The position numbers were made by a program, and so were the translations under genes. This document shows positions 13,050-26,400 of a DNA stretch of 64,000 bases, piece by piece. The DNA comes from the human T2T-CHM13v2.0 reference genome, Homo sapiens. The DNA is taken from NCBI RefSeq assembly GCF_009914755.1, contig NC_060935.1; one strand, 5' to 3'. The notes under the pieces were generated by a model. That model was not told where the DNA came from and did no database searches. It saw nothing but the letters and a program-made list of their open reading frames with translations. Numbering within the stretch: position 1 is the first letter of the stretch; every line of letters begins with the position of its first letter.

Positions 13050-16000
13050 TTGTGATGTTTGTGTTCCACTTCAGGAATTGAACTTTCCTCTTAACAGAGC
13101 AGCTCTGAAACCCTCTTATTCTAGAATCTGCAAGTGGACATTTGGAGGGCTTTGAGGCCTGTGGTGGAAAAGGAAAATCTTCACATAAAAACTAGATGGA
13201 AGCATTCTCAGAAACTACTTTGTGATGATTGCATTCGACTCACAGAGTTGAACATTCCTATAGATAGAGCAGGTTGTAAACAATCTTTTTGTAGAATCTG
13301 CGATTGGAGATTTGGACTGCTTTGAGGCCTACTGTAGTAAAGGAAATAACTTCATCTAAAAACCAAACGGAAGCATTCACAGACAATTCTTAGTGATCAT
13401 TGGATTGAACTAACAGAGCTGAACATTCCTTTAGATGGAGCAGTTTCCAAACCCACTTTCTGTAGAATCTGCAAGTGGATATTTGGACCTCTCTGAGGAT
13501 TTCGTTGGAAACGGGATAAACTTCCCAGAACTACACGGAAGTATTCTGAGAAACTTCTTTGTGATGTTTGCATTCAACTCACAGAGTTGAACCTTGCTTT
13601 CATAGTTCAGCTTTCAAACACTCTTTTTGTAGAATCTGCAAGTGGATATTTGGACCACTTTGTGGCCTTCCTTCGAAACGGGTATATCTTCACATCAAAC
13701 CTAGACAGAAGCATTCTCAGAATGTTTCCTGTGATGACTGCATTCAACTCACAGAGGTGAACAATCCTGCTGATGGAGCAGTTTTGAAACTCTCTTTCTT
13801 TGGATTCTGCAAGTGGATATGTGGACCTCTGTGAAGATTTCGTTGGAAACGGGTTCATCTTCACAGAAAAACTAAACAGAAGCATTATCAGAAACTGCTT
13901 TGTGATGTTTTTGTTCCACTTCAGGAATTGAACTTTCCTCTTGACAGAGCAGCTCTGAAACCCTCTTATTCTAGAATCTGCAAGTGGACATTTGGAGGGC
14001 TTTGAGGCCTGTGGTGGAAAAGGAAAACCTTCACATAAAAAGTAGATGGAAGCATTCTCAGAAACTACTTTGTGATGATTGCATTCGACTCACAGAATTG
14101 AACATTCCTATAGATAGAGCAGTTTGTAAACAATCTTTTTGTAGAATCTGCGATTGGAGATTTGGACTGCTTTGAGGCCTACTGTAGTAAAGGAAATAAC
14201 TTCATCTAAAAACCAAACGGAAGCATTCACAGACAATTCTTAGTGATCATTGGATTGAACTAACAGAGCTGAACATTCCCTTAGATGGCGCAGTTTCCAA
14301 ACACGCTTTCTGTAGAATCTGCACGTGGATATTTGGACCTCTCTGAGGATTTCGTTGGAAACGGGATAAACTTCCCAGAACTACACGGAAGCATTCTGAG
14401 AAACTTCTTTGTGATGTTTGCATTCAACTCACAGAGTTGAACCTTGCTTTCATAGTTCAGCTTTCAAACACTCTTTTTGTAGAATCTGCAAGTGGATATT
14501 TGGACCACTTTGTGGCCTTCCTTCGAAACGGGTATATCTTCACATCAAACCTAGACAGAAGCATTCTCAGAATGTTTCCTGTGATGACTGCATTCAACTC
14601 ACAGAGGTGAACAATCCAGCTGATGGAGCAGTTTTGAAACTCTCTTTCTTTGGATTCTGCAAGTGGATATGTGGACCTCTGTGAAGATTTCGTTGGAAAC
14701 GGGTTCATCTTCACAGAAAAATTAACAGGAGCATTCTCAGAAACTGCTTTGTGATGTTTGCGTTCCACTTCAGGAATTGAACTTTCCTCTTGACAGAGCA
14801 GCTCTGAAACCCTCTTTTTCTAGAATCTGCAAGTGGACATTTGGAGGGCTTTGAGGCCTGTGGTGGAAAAGGAAAATCTTCACATAAAAACTAGATGGAA
14901 GCATTCTCAGAAACTACTTTGTGATGATTGCATTCGACTCACAGAGTTGAACATTCCTATAGATAGAGCAGGTTGTAAACAATCTTTTTGTAGAATCTGC
15001 GATTGGAGATTTGGACTGCTTTGAGGCCTACTGTAGTAAAGGAAATAACTTCATCTAAAAACCAAACGGAAGCATTCACAGACAATTCTTAGTGATCATT
15101 GGATTGAACTAACAGAGCTGAACATTCCCTTAGATGGCGCAGTTTCCAAACACACTTTCTGTAGAATCTGCAAGTGGATATTTGGACCTCTCTGAGGATT
15201 TCGTTGGAAACGGGATAAACTTCCCAGAACTACACGGAAGCATTCTGAGAAACTTCTTTGTGATGTTTGCATTCATCTCACAGAGTTGAACCTTGCTTTC
15301 ATAGTTCAGCTTTCAAACACTCTTTTTGTAGAATCTGCAAGTGGATATTTGGACCACTTTGTTGCCTTCCTTCGAAACGGGTATATCTTCACATCAAACC
15401 TAGACAGAAGCATTCTCAGAATGTTTCCTGTGATGACTGCATTCAACTCACAGAGGTGAACAATCCTGCTGATGGAGCAGTTTTAAACTCCCTTTCTTTG
15501 GATTCTGCAAGTGGATATGTGGACCTCTGTGAAGATTTCCTTGGAAACGGGTTCATCTTCACAGAAAAAGTAAACAGGAGCATTCTCAGAAACTGCTTTG
15601 TGATGTTTGTGTTCCACTTCAGGAATTGAACTTTCCTCTTAACAGAGCAGCTCTGAAACCCTCTTATTCTAGAATCTGCAAGTGGACATTTGGAGGGCTT
15701 TGAGGCCTGTGGTGGAAAAGGAAAATCTTCACATAAAAACTAGATGGAAGCATTCTCAGAAACTACTTTGTGATGATTGCATTCGACTCACAGAGTTGAA
15801 CATTCCTATAGATAGAGCAGGTTGTAAACAATCTTTTTGTAGAATCTGCGATTGGAGATTTGGACTGCTTTGAGGCCTACTGTAGTAAAGGAAATAACTT
15901 CATCTAAAAACCAAACGGAAGCATTCACAGACAATTCTTAGTGATCATTGGATTGAACTAACAGAGCTGAACATTCCCTTAGATGGCGCAGTTTCCAAAC

Positions 16001-19000
16001 ACACTTTCTGTAGAATCTGCAAGTGGATATTTGGACCTCTCTGAGGATTTCGTTGGAAACGGGATAAACTTCCCAGAACTACACGGAAGCATTCTGAGAA
16101 ACTTCTTTGTGATGTTTGCATTCAACTCACAGAGTTGAACCTTGCTTTCATAGTTCAGCTTTCAAACACTCTTTTTGTAGAATCTGCAAGTGGATATTTG
16201 GACCACTTTGTGGCCTTCCTTCGAAACGGGTATATCTTCACATCAAACCTAGACAGAAGCATTCTCAGAATGTTTCCTGTGATGACTGCATTCAACTCAC
16301 AGAGTTGAACAATCCTGCTGATGGAGCAGTTTTGAAACTCTCTTTCTTTGGATTCTGCAAGTGGATATGTGGACCTCTGTGAAGATTTCGTTGGAAACGG
16401 GTTCATCTTCACAGAAAAACTAAACAGGAGCATTCTCAGAAACTGCTTTGTGATGTTTGTGTTCCACTTCAGGAATTGAACTTTCCTCTTAACAGAGCAG
16501 CTCTGAAACCCTCTTATTCTAGAATCTGCAAGTGGACATTTGGAGGGCTTTGAGGCCTGTGGTGGAAAAGGAAAATCTTCACATAAAAACTAGATGGAAG
16601 CATTCTCAGAAACTACTTTGTGATGATTGCATTCGACTCACAGAGTTGAACATTCCTATAGATAGAGCAGGTTGTAAACAATCTTTTTGTAGAATCTGCG
16701 ATTGGAGATTTGGACTGCTTTGAGGCCTACTGTAGTAAAGGAAATAACTTCATCTAAAAACCAAACGGAAGCATTCACAGACAATTCTTAGTGATCATTG
16801 GATTGAACTAACAGAGCTGAACATTCCTTTAGATGGAGCAGTTTCCAAACCCACTTTCTGTAGAATCTGCAAGTGGATATTTGGACCTCTCTGAGGATTT
16901 CGTTGGAAACGGGATAAACTTCCCAGAACTACACGGAAGTATTCTGAGAAACTTCTTTGTGATGTTTGCATTCAACTCACAGAGTTGAACCTTGCTTTCA
17001 TAGTTCAGCTTTCAAACACTCTTTTTGTAGAATCTGCAAGTGGATATTTGGACCACTTTGTGGCCTTCCTTCGAAACGGGTATATCTTCACATCAAACCT
17101 AGACAGAAGCATTCTCAGAATGTTTCCTGTGATGACTGCATTCAACTCACAGAGGTGAACAATCCTGCTGATGGAGCAGTTTTGAAACTCTCTTTCTTTG
17201 GATTCTGCAAGTGGATATGTGGACCTCTGTGAAGATTTCGTTGGAAACGGGTTCATCTTCACAGAAAAACTAAACAGAAGCATTATCAGAAACTGCTTTG
17301 TGATGTTTTTGTTCCACTTCAGGAATTGAACTTTCCTCTTGACAGAGCAGCTCTGAAACCCTCTTATTCTAGAATCTGCAAGTGGACATTTGGAGGGCTT
17401 TGAGGCCTGTGGTGGAAAAGGAAAACCTTCACATAAAAAGTAGATGGAAGCATTCTCAGAAACTACTTTGTGATGATTGCATTCGACTCACAGAGTTGAA
17501 CATTCCTATAGATAGAGCAGTTTGTAAACAATCTTTTTGTAGAATCTGCGATTGGAGATTTGGACTGCTTTGAGGCCTGCTGTAGTAAAGGAAATAACTT
17601 CATCTAAAAACCAAACGGAAGCATTCACAGACAATTCTTAGTGATCATTGGATTGAACTAACAGAGCTGAACATTCCCTTAGATGGCGCAGTTTCCAAAC
17701 ACGCTTTCTGTAGAATCTGCAAGTGGATATTTGGACCTCTCTGAGGATTTCGTTGGAAACGGGATAAACTTCCCAGAACTACACGGAAGCATTCTGAGAA
17801 ACTTCTTTGTGATGTTTGCATTCAACTCACAGAGTTGAACCTTGCTTTCATAGTTCAGCTTTCAAACACTCTTTTTGTAGAATCTGCAAGTGGATATTTG
17901 GACCACTTTGTGGCCTTCCTTCGAAACGGGTATATCTTCACATCAAACCTAGACAGAAGCATTCTCAGAATGTTTCCTGTGATGACTGCATTCAACTCAC
18001 AGAGGTGAACAATCCAGCTGATGGAGCAGTTTTGAAACTCTCTTTCTTTGGATTCTGCAAGTGGATATGTGGACCTCTGTGAAGATTTCGTTGGAAACGG
18101 GTTCATCTTCACAGAAAAATTAACAGGAGCATTCTCAGAAACTGCTTTGTGATGTTTGCGTTCCACTTCAGGAATTGAACTTTCCTCTTGACAGAGCAGC
18201 TCTGAAACCCTCTTTTTCTAGAATCTGCAAGTGGACATTTGGAGGGCTTTGAGGCCTGTGGTGGAAAAGGAAAATCTTCACATAAAAACTAGATGGAAGC
18301 ATTCTCAGAAACTACTTTGTGATGATTGCATTCGACTCACACAGTTGAACATTCCTATAGATAGAGCAGGTTGTAAACAATCTTTTTGTAGAATCTGCGA
18401 TTGGAGATTTGGACTGCTTTGAGGCCTACTGTAGTAAAGGAAATAACTTCATCTAAAAACCAAACGGAAGCATTCACAGACAATTCTTAGTGATCATTGG
18501 ATTGAACTAACAGAGCTGAACATTCCCTTAGATGGCGCAGTTTCCAAACACACTTTCTGTAGAATCTGCAAGTGGATATTTGGACCTCTCTGAGGATTTC
18601 GTTGGAAACGGGATAAACTTCCCAGAACTACACGGAAGCATTCTGAGAAACTTCTTTGTGATGTTTGCATTCATCTCACAGAGTTGAACCTTGCTTTCAT
18701 AGTTCAGCTTTCAAACACTCTTTTTGTAGAATCTGCAAGTGGATATTTGGACCACTTTGTTGCCTTCCTTCGAAACGGGTATATCTTCACATCAAACCTA
18801 GAAAGAAGCATTCTCAGAATGTTTCCTGTGATGACTGCATTCAACTCACAGAGGTGAACAATCCTGCTGATGGAGCAGTTTTGAAACTCCCTTTCTTTGG
18901 ATTCTGCAAGTGGATATGTGGACCTCTGTGAAGATTTCCTTGGAAACGGGTTCATCTTCACAGAAAAAGTAAACAGGAGCATTCTCAGAAACTGCTTTGT

Positions 19001-19650
19001 GATGTTTGTGTTCCACTTCAGGAATTGAACTTTCCTCTTAACAGAGCAGCTCTGAAACCCTCTTATTCTAGAATCTGCAAGTGGACATTTGGAGGGCTTT
19101 GAGGCCTGTGGTGGAAAAGGAAAATCTTCACATAAAAACTAGATGGAAGCATTCTCAGAAACTACTTTGTGATGATTGCATTCGACTCACAGAGTTGAAC
19201 ATTCCTATAGATAGAGCAGGTTGTAAACAATCTTTTTGTAGAATCTGCGATTGGAGATTTGGACTGCTTTGAGGCCTACTGTAGTAAAGGAAATAACTTC
19301 ATCTAAAAACCAAACGGAAGCATTCACAGACAATTCTTAGTGATCATTGGATTGAACTAACAGAGCTGAACATTCCCTTAGATGGCGCAGTTTCCAAACA
19401 CACTTTCTGTAGAATCTGCAAGTGGATATTTGGACCTCTCTGAGGATTTCGTTGGAAACGGGATAAACTTCCCAGAACTACACGGAAGCATTCTGAGAAA
19501 CTTCTTTGTGATGTTTGCATTCAACTCACAGAGTTGAACCTTGCTTTCATAGTTCAGCTTTCAAACACTCTTTTTGTAGAATCTGCAAGTGGATATTTGG
19601 ACCACTTTGTGGCCTTCCTTCGAAACGGGTATATCTTCACATCAAACCTA
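13050..19650 (+). repeat. Imperfect 4-HOR duplication, period 3398-3399 bp
   Basis: AAACCCAC, GGAAGTATTC, CATTATCAG, AATCCAGCTG, the AAAATTAAC deletion, CATTCATCTC and the TTCC box variant recur at about +3398 (ORFs 14457->17855, 15267->18665). At least 6 differences were seen. Ends are approximate. Confidence 0.8.
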
Positions 19651-22600
19651 GACAGAAGAATTCTCAGAATGTTTCCTGTGATGACTGCATTCAACTCACA
19701 GAGGTGAACAATCCTGTTGATGGAGCAGTTTTGAAACTCTCTTTCTTTGGATTCTGCAAGTGGATATGTGGACCTCTGTGAAGATTTCGTTGGAAACGGG
19801 TTCATCTTCACAGGAAAACTATACAGGAGCATTCTCAGAAACTGCTTTGTGATGTTTGTGTTCCACTTCAGGAATTGAACTTTCCTCTTGACAGAGCAGC
19901 TCTGAAACCCTCTTTTTCTAGAATCTGCAAGTGGACATTTGGAGGGCTTTGAGGCCTGTGGTGGAAAAGGAAAATCTTCACATAAAAACTAGATGGAAGC
20001 ATTCTCAGAAACTACTTTGTGATGATTGCATTCGACTCACAGAGTTGAACATTCCTATAGATAGAGCAGGTTGTAAACAATCTTTTTGTAGAATCTGCGA
20101 TTGGAGATTTGGACTGCTTTGAGGCCTACTGTAGTAAAGGAAATAACTTCATCTAAAAACCAAACGGAAGCATTCACAGACAATTCTTAGTGATAATTGG
20201 ATTGAACTAACAGAGCTGAACATTCCTTTAGATGGCGCAGTTTCCAAACACACTTTCTGTAGAATCTGCAAGTGGATATTTGGACCTCTCTGAAGATTTC
20301 GTTGGAAACGGGATAAACTTCCCAGAACTACACGGAAGCATTCTGAGAAACTTCTTTGTGATGTTTGCATTCAACTCACAGAGTTGAACCTTGCTTTCAT
20401 AGTTCAGCTTTCAAACACTCTTTTTGTAGAATCTGCAAGTGGATATTTGCACCACTTTGTGGCCTTCCTTCGAAACGGGTATATCTTCACATCAAACCTA
20501 GACAGAAGCATTCTCAGAATGTTTCCTGTGATGACTGCATTCAACTCACAGAGGTGAACAATCCTGCTGATGGAGCAGTTTTGAAACTCTCTTTCTTTGG
20601 ATTCTGCAAGTGGATATGTGGACCTCTGTGAAGATTTCGTTGGAAACGGGTTCATCTTCACAGAAAAACTAAACAGGAGCATTCTCAGAAACTGCTTTGT
20701 GATGTTTGTGTTCCACTTCAAGAATTGAACTTTCCTCTTCACAGAGCAGCTCTGAAACCCTCTTTTTCTAGAATCTGCAAGTGGACATTTGGAGGGCTTT
20801 GAGGCCTGTGGTGGAAAAGGAAAATCTTCACATAAAAACTAGATGGAAGCATTCTCAGAAACTACTTTGTGATGATTGCATTCGACTCACACAGTTGAAC
20901 ATTCCTATAGATAGAGCAGGTTGTAAACAATCTTTTTGTAGAATCTGCGATTGGAGATTTGGACTGCTTTGAGGCCTACTGTAGTAAAGGAAATAACTTC
21001 ATCTAAAAACCAAACGGAAGCATTCACAGACAATTCTTAGTGATCATTGGATTGAACTAACAGAGCTGAACATTCCCTTAGATGGCGCAGTTTCCAAACA
21101 CACTTTCTGTAGAATCTGCAAGTGGATATTTGGACCTCTCTGAGGATTTCGTTGGAAACGGGATAAACTTCCCAGAACTACACGGAAGCATTCTGAGAAA
21201 CTTCTTTGTGATGTTTGCATTCATCTCACAGAGTTGAACCTTGCTTTCATAGTTCAGCTTTCAAACACTCTTTTTGTAGAATCTGCAAGTGGATATTTGG
21301 ACCACTTTGTTGCCTTCCTTCGAAACGGGTATATCTTCACATCAAACCTAGAAAGAAGCATTCTCAGAATGTTTCCTGTGATGACTGCATTCAACTCACA
21401 GAGGTGAACAATCCTGCTGATGGAGCAGTTTTGAAACTCCCTTTCTTTGGATTCTGCAAGTGGATATGTGGACCTCTGTGAAGATTTCCTTGGAAACGGG
21501 TTCATCTTCACAGAAAAAGTAAACAGGAGCATTCTCAGAAACTGCTTTGTGATGTTTGTGTTCCACTTCAGGAATTGAACTTTCCTCTTAACAGAGCAGC
21601 TCTGAAACCCTCTTATTCTAGAATCTGCAAGTGGACATTTGGAGGGCTTTGAGGCCTGTGGTGGAAAAGGAAAATCTTCACATAAAAACTAGATGGAAGC
21701 ATTCTCAGAAACTACTTTGTGATGATTGCATTCGACTCACAGAGTTGAACATTCCTATAGATAGAGCAGGTTGTAAACAATCTTTTTGTAGAATCTGCGA
21801 TTGGAGATTTGGACTGCTTTGAGGCCTACTGTAGTAAAGGAAATAACTTCATCTAAAAACCAAACGGAAGCATTCACAGACAATTCTTAGTGATCATTGG
21901 ATTGAACTAACAGAGCTGAACATTCCCTTAGATGGCGCAGTTTCCAAACACACTTTCTGTAGAATCTGCAAGTGGATATTTGGACCTCTCTGAGGATTTC
22001 GTTGGAAACGGGATAAACTTCCCAGAACTACACGGAAGCATTCTGAGAAACTTCTTTGTGATGTTTGCATTCAACTCACAGAGTTGAACCTTGCTTTCAT
22101 AGTTCAGCTTTCAAACACTCTTTTTGTAGAATCTGCAAGTGGATATTTGGACCACTTTGTGGCCTTCCTTCGAAACGGGTATATCTTCACATCAAACCTA
22201 GACAGAAGAATTCTCAGAATGTTTCCTGTGATGACTGCATTCAACTCACAGAGGTGAACAATCCTGTTGATGGAGCAGTTTTGAAACTCTCTTTCTTTGG
22301 ATTCTGCAAGTGGATATGTGGACCTCTGTGAAGATTTCGTTGGAAACGGGTTCATCTTCACAGGAAAACTATACAGGAGCATTCTCAGAAACTGCTTTGT
22401 GATGTTTGTGTTCCACTTCAGGAATTGAACTTTCCTCTTGACAGAGCAGCTCTGAAACCCTCTTTTTCTAGAATCTGCAAGTGGACATTTGGAGGGCTTT
22501 GAGGCCTGTGGTGGAAAAGGAAAATCTTCACATAAAAACTAGATGGAAGCATTCTCAGAAACTACTTTGTGATGATTGCATTCGACTCACAGAGTTGAAC

Positions 22601-23441
22601 ATTCCTATAGATAGAGCAGGTTGTAAACAATCTTTTTGTAGAATCTGCGATTGGAGATTTGGACTGCTTTGAGGCCTACTGTAGTAAAGGAAATAACTTC
22701 ATCTAAAAACCAAACGGAAGCATTCACAGACAATTCTTAGTGATAATTGGATTGAACTAACAGAGCTGAACATTCCTTTAGATGGCGCAGTTTCCAAACA
22801 CACTTTCTGTAGAATCTGCAAGTGGATATTTGGACCTCTCTGAAGATTTCGTTGGAAACGGGATAAACTTCCCAGAACTACACGGAAGCATTCTGAGAAA
22901 CTTCTTTGTGATGTTTGCATTCAACTCACAGAGTTGAACCTTGCTTTCATAGTTCAGCTTTCAAACACTCTTTTTGTAGAATCTGCAAGTGGATATTTGC
23001 ACCACTTTGTGGCCTTCCTTCGAAACGGGTATATCTTCACATCAAACCTAGACAGAAGCATTCTCAGAATGTTTCCTGTGATGACTGCATTCAACTCACA
23101 GAGGTGAACAATCCTGCTGATGGAGCAGTTTTGAAACTCTCTTTCTTTGGATTCTGCAAGTGGATATGTGGACCTCTGTGAAGATTTCGTTGGAAACGGG
23201 TTCATCTTCACAGAAAAACTAAACAGGAGCATTCTCAGAAACTGCTTTGTGATGTTTGTGTTCCACTTCAAGAATTGAACTTTCCTCTTCACAGAGCAGC
23301 TCTGAAACCCTCTTTTTCTAGAATCTGCAAGTGGACATTTGGAGGGCTTTGAGGCCTGTGGTGGAAAAGGAAAATCTTCACATAAAAACTAGATGGAAGC
23401 ATTCTCAGAAACTACTTTGTGATGATTGCATTCGACTCACA
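18191..23441 (+). repeat. Tandem duplication of a 3-HOR block, period 2550 bp
   Basis: Variant ORFs recur at +2550 (18231->20781, 18665->21215, 19515->22065, 20149->22699, 20404->22954), with a new GAATTC at 19658 and 22208. Bounded by mismatches at 18190/20740 and 20892/23442. Confidence 0.93.
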
Positions 23442-26400
23442 GAGTTGAACATTCCTATAGATAGAGCAGGTTGTAAACAATCTGTTTGTAGAATCTGCGA
23501 TTGGAGATTTGGACTGCTTTGAGGCCTACTGTAGTAAAGGAAATAACTTCATCTAAAAACCAAACGGAAGCATTCAAAGACAATTCTTAGTGATCATTGG
23601 ATTGAACTAACAGAGCTGAACATTCCTTTAGATGGCGCAGTTTCCAAACACACTTTCTGTAGAATCTGCAAGTGGATATTTGGACCTCTCTGAGGATTTC
23701 GTTGGAAACGGGATAAACTTCCCAGAACTACACGGAAGCATTCTGAGAAACTTCTTTGTGATGTTTGCATTCAACTCACAGAGTTGAACCTTGCTTTCAT
23801 AGTTCAGCTTTCAAACACTCTTTTTGTAGAATCTGCAAGTGGATATTTGGACCACTTTGTGGCCTTCCTTCGAAACGGGTATATCTTCACATCAAACCTA
23901 GACGGAAGCATTATCAGAATGTTTCCTGTGATGACTGCATTCAACTCACAGAGGTGAACAATCCTGCTGATGGAGCAGTTTTGAAACTCTCTTTCTTTGG
24001 ATTCTGCAAGTGGATATGTGGACCTCTGTGAAGATTTCGTTGGAAACGGGTTCATCTTCACAGAAAAACTAAACAGGAGCATTCTCAGAAACTGCTTTGT
24101 GATGTTTGTGTTCCACTTCAAGAATTGAGCTTTACTCTTGACAGAGCAGCTCTGAAACCCTCTTTTTCTAGAATCTGCAAGTGGACCTTTGGTGGGTTTT
24201 GAGGCCTGTGGTGGAAAAGGAAAATCTTCACATAAAAACTAGATGGAAGCATTCTCAGAAACTACTTTGTGATGATTGCATTCGACTCACAAAGTTGAAC
24301 ATTCCTATAGATAGAGCAGGTTGTAAACAATCTTTTTGTAGAATCTGCGATTGGAGATTTGGACTGCTTTGAGGCCTACTGTAGTAAAGGAAATAACTTC
24401 ATCTAAAAACCAAACGGAAGCATTCACAGACAATTCTTAGTGATCATTGGATTGAACTAACAGAGCTGAACATTCCTTTAGATGGAGCTGTTTCCAAACA
24501 CACTTTCTGTAGAATCTGCAAGTGGATATTTGGACTTCTCTGAGGATTTCGTTGGAAACGGGATAAACTTCCTAGAACTACACGGAAGCATTCTGAGAAA
24601 CTTCTTTGTGATGTTTGCATTCAACTCACAGAGTTGAACCTTGCTTTCATAGTTCAGCTTTCAAACACTCTTTTTGTAGAATCTGCAAGTGGATATGTGG
24701 ACCACTTTGTGGCCTTCCTTCGAAACGGGTATATCTTCACATCAAACCTAGACAGAAGCATTCTCAGAATGTTTCCTGTGACGACTGCATTCAACTCACA
24801 GAGGTGAACAATCCTGCTGATGGAGCAGTTTTGAAACTCCCTTTCTTTTGATTCTGCAAGTGGATATGTGGACCTCTGTGAAGATTTCGTTGGAAACGGG
24901 TTCATCTTCACAGAAAAAGTAAACAGGAGCATTCTCAGAAACTGCTTTGTGATGTTTGTGTTCCACTTCAGGAATTGAACTTTCCTCTTGACAGAGCAGC
25001 TCTGAATCCCTCTTTTTCTAGAATCTGCAAGTGGACATTTGGAGGGCTTTGAGGCCTGTGGTGGAAAAGGAAAATCTTCACATAAAAACTAGATGGAAGC
25101 ATTCTCAGAAACTACTTTGTGATGATTGCATTCGACTCACAGAGTTGAACATTCCTATAGATAGAGCAGGTTGTAAACAATCTTTTTGTAGAATCTGCGA
25201 TTGGAGATTTGGACTGCTTTGAGGCCTACTGTAGTAAAGGAAATAACTTCATCTAAAAACCAAGCGGAAGCATTCACAGACAATTCTTAGTGATCATTGG
25301 ATTGAACTAACAGAGCTGAACATTCCCTTAGATGGCGCAGTTTCCAAACACACTTTCTGTAGAATCTGCAAGTGGATATTTGGACCTCTCTGAGGATTTC
25401 GTTGGAAACGGGATAAACTTCCCAGAACTACACGGAAGCATTCTGAGAAACTTCTTTGTGATGTTTGCATTCAACTCACAGAGTTGAACCTTGCTTTCAT
25501 AGTTCAGCTTTCAAACACTCTTTTTGTAGAATCTGCAAGTGGATATTTGGACCACTTTGTGGCCTTCCTTCGAAACGGGTATATCTTCACATCAAACCTA
25601 GACAGAAGCATTCTCAGAATGTTTCCTGTGATGACTGCATTCAACTCACAGAGGTGAACAATCCTGTTGATGGAGCAGTTTTGAAACTCTCTTTCTTTGG
25701 ATTCTGCAAGTGGATATGTGGACCTCTGTGAAGATTTCGTTGGAAACGAGTTCATCTTCACAGGAAAACTATACAGGAGCATTCTCAGAAACTGCTTTGT
25801 GATGTTTGTGTTCCACTTCAGGAAATGAACTTTCCTCTTGACAGAGCAGCTCTGAAACCCTCTTTTTCTAGAATCTGCAAGTGGACATTTGGAGGGCTTT
25901 GAGGCCTGTGGTGGAAAAGGAAAATCTTCACATAAAAACTAGATGGAAGCATTCTCAGAAACTACTTTGTGATGATTGCATTCGACTCACAGAGTTGAAC
26001 ATTCCTATAGATAGAGCAGGTTGTAAACAATCTTTTTGTAGAATCTGCGATTGGAGATTTGGACTGCTTTGAGGCCTACTGTAGTAAAGGAAATAACTTC
26101 ATCTAAAAACCAAACGGAAGCATTCACAGACAATTCTTAGTGATCATTGGATTGAACTAACAGAGCTGAACATTCCTTTAGATGGAGCAGTTTCCATACT
26201 CACTTTCTGTAGAATCTGCAAGTGGATATTTGGACCTCTCTGAGGATTTCGTTGGAAACGGGATAAACTTCCCAGAACTACACGGAAGCATTCTGAGAAA
26301 CTTCTTTGTGATGTTTGCATTCAACTCACAGAGTTGAAACTTGCTTTCATAGTTCAGCTTTCCAACACTCTTTTTGTAGAATCTGCAAGTGGATATTTGG

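Larger units (their letters stand above)
1..16827 (+). repeat. Tandem duplication of a 10-HOR block, period 8498 bp
   Basis: Rare variants and both 1-bp deletions recur at +8498: ORFs 9->8507, 5959->14457, 6769->15267; CACGTGG at ~5824/14322; TATCGATAG at 2211/10709. The match fails at 8330 versus 16828. Confidence 0.93.
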
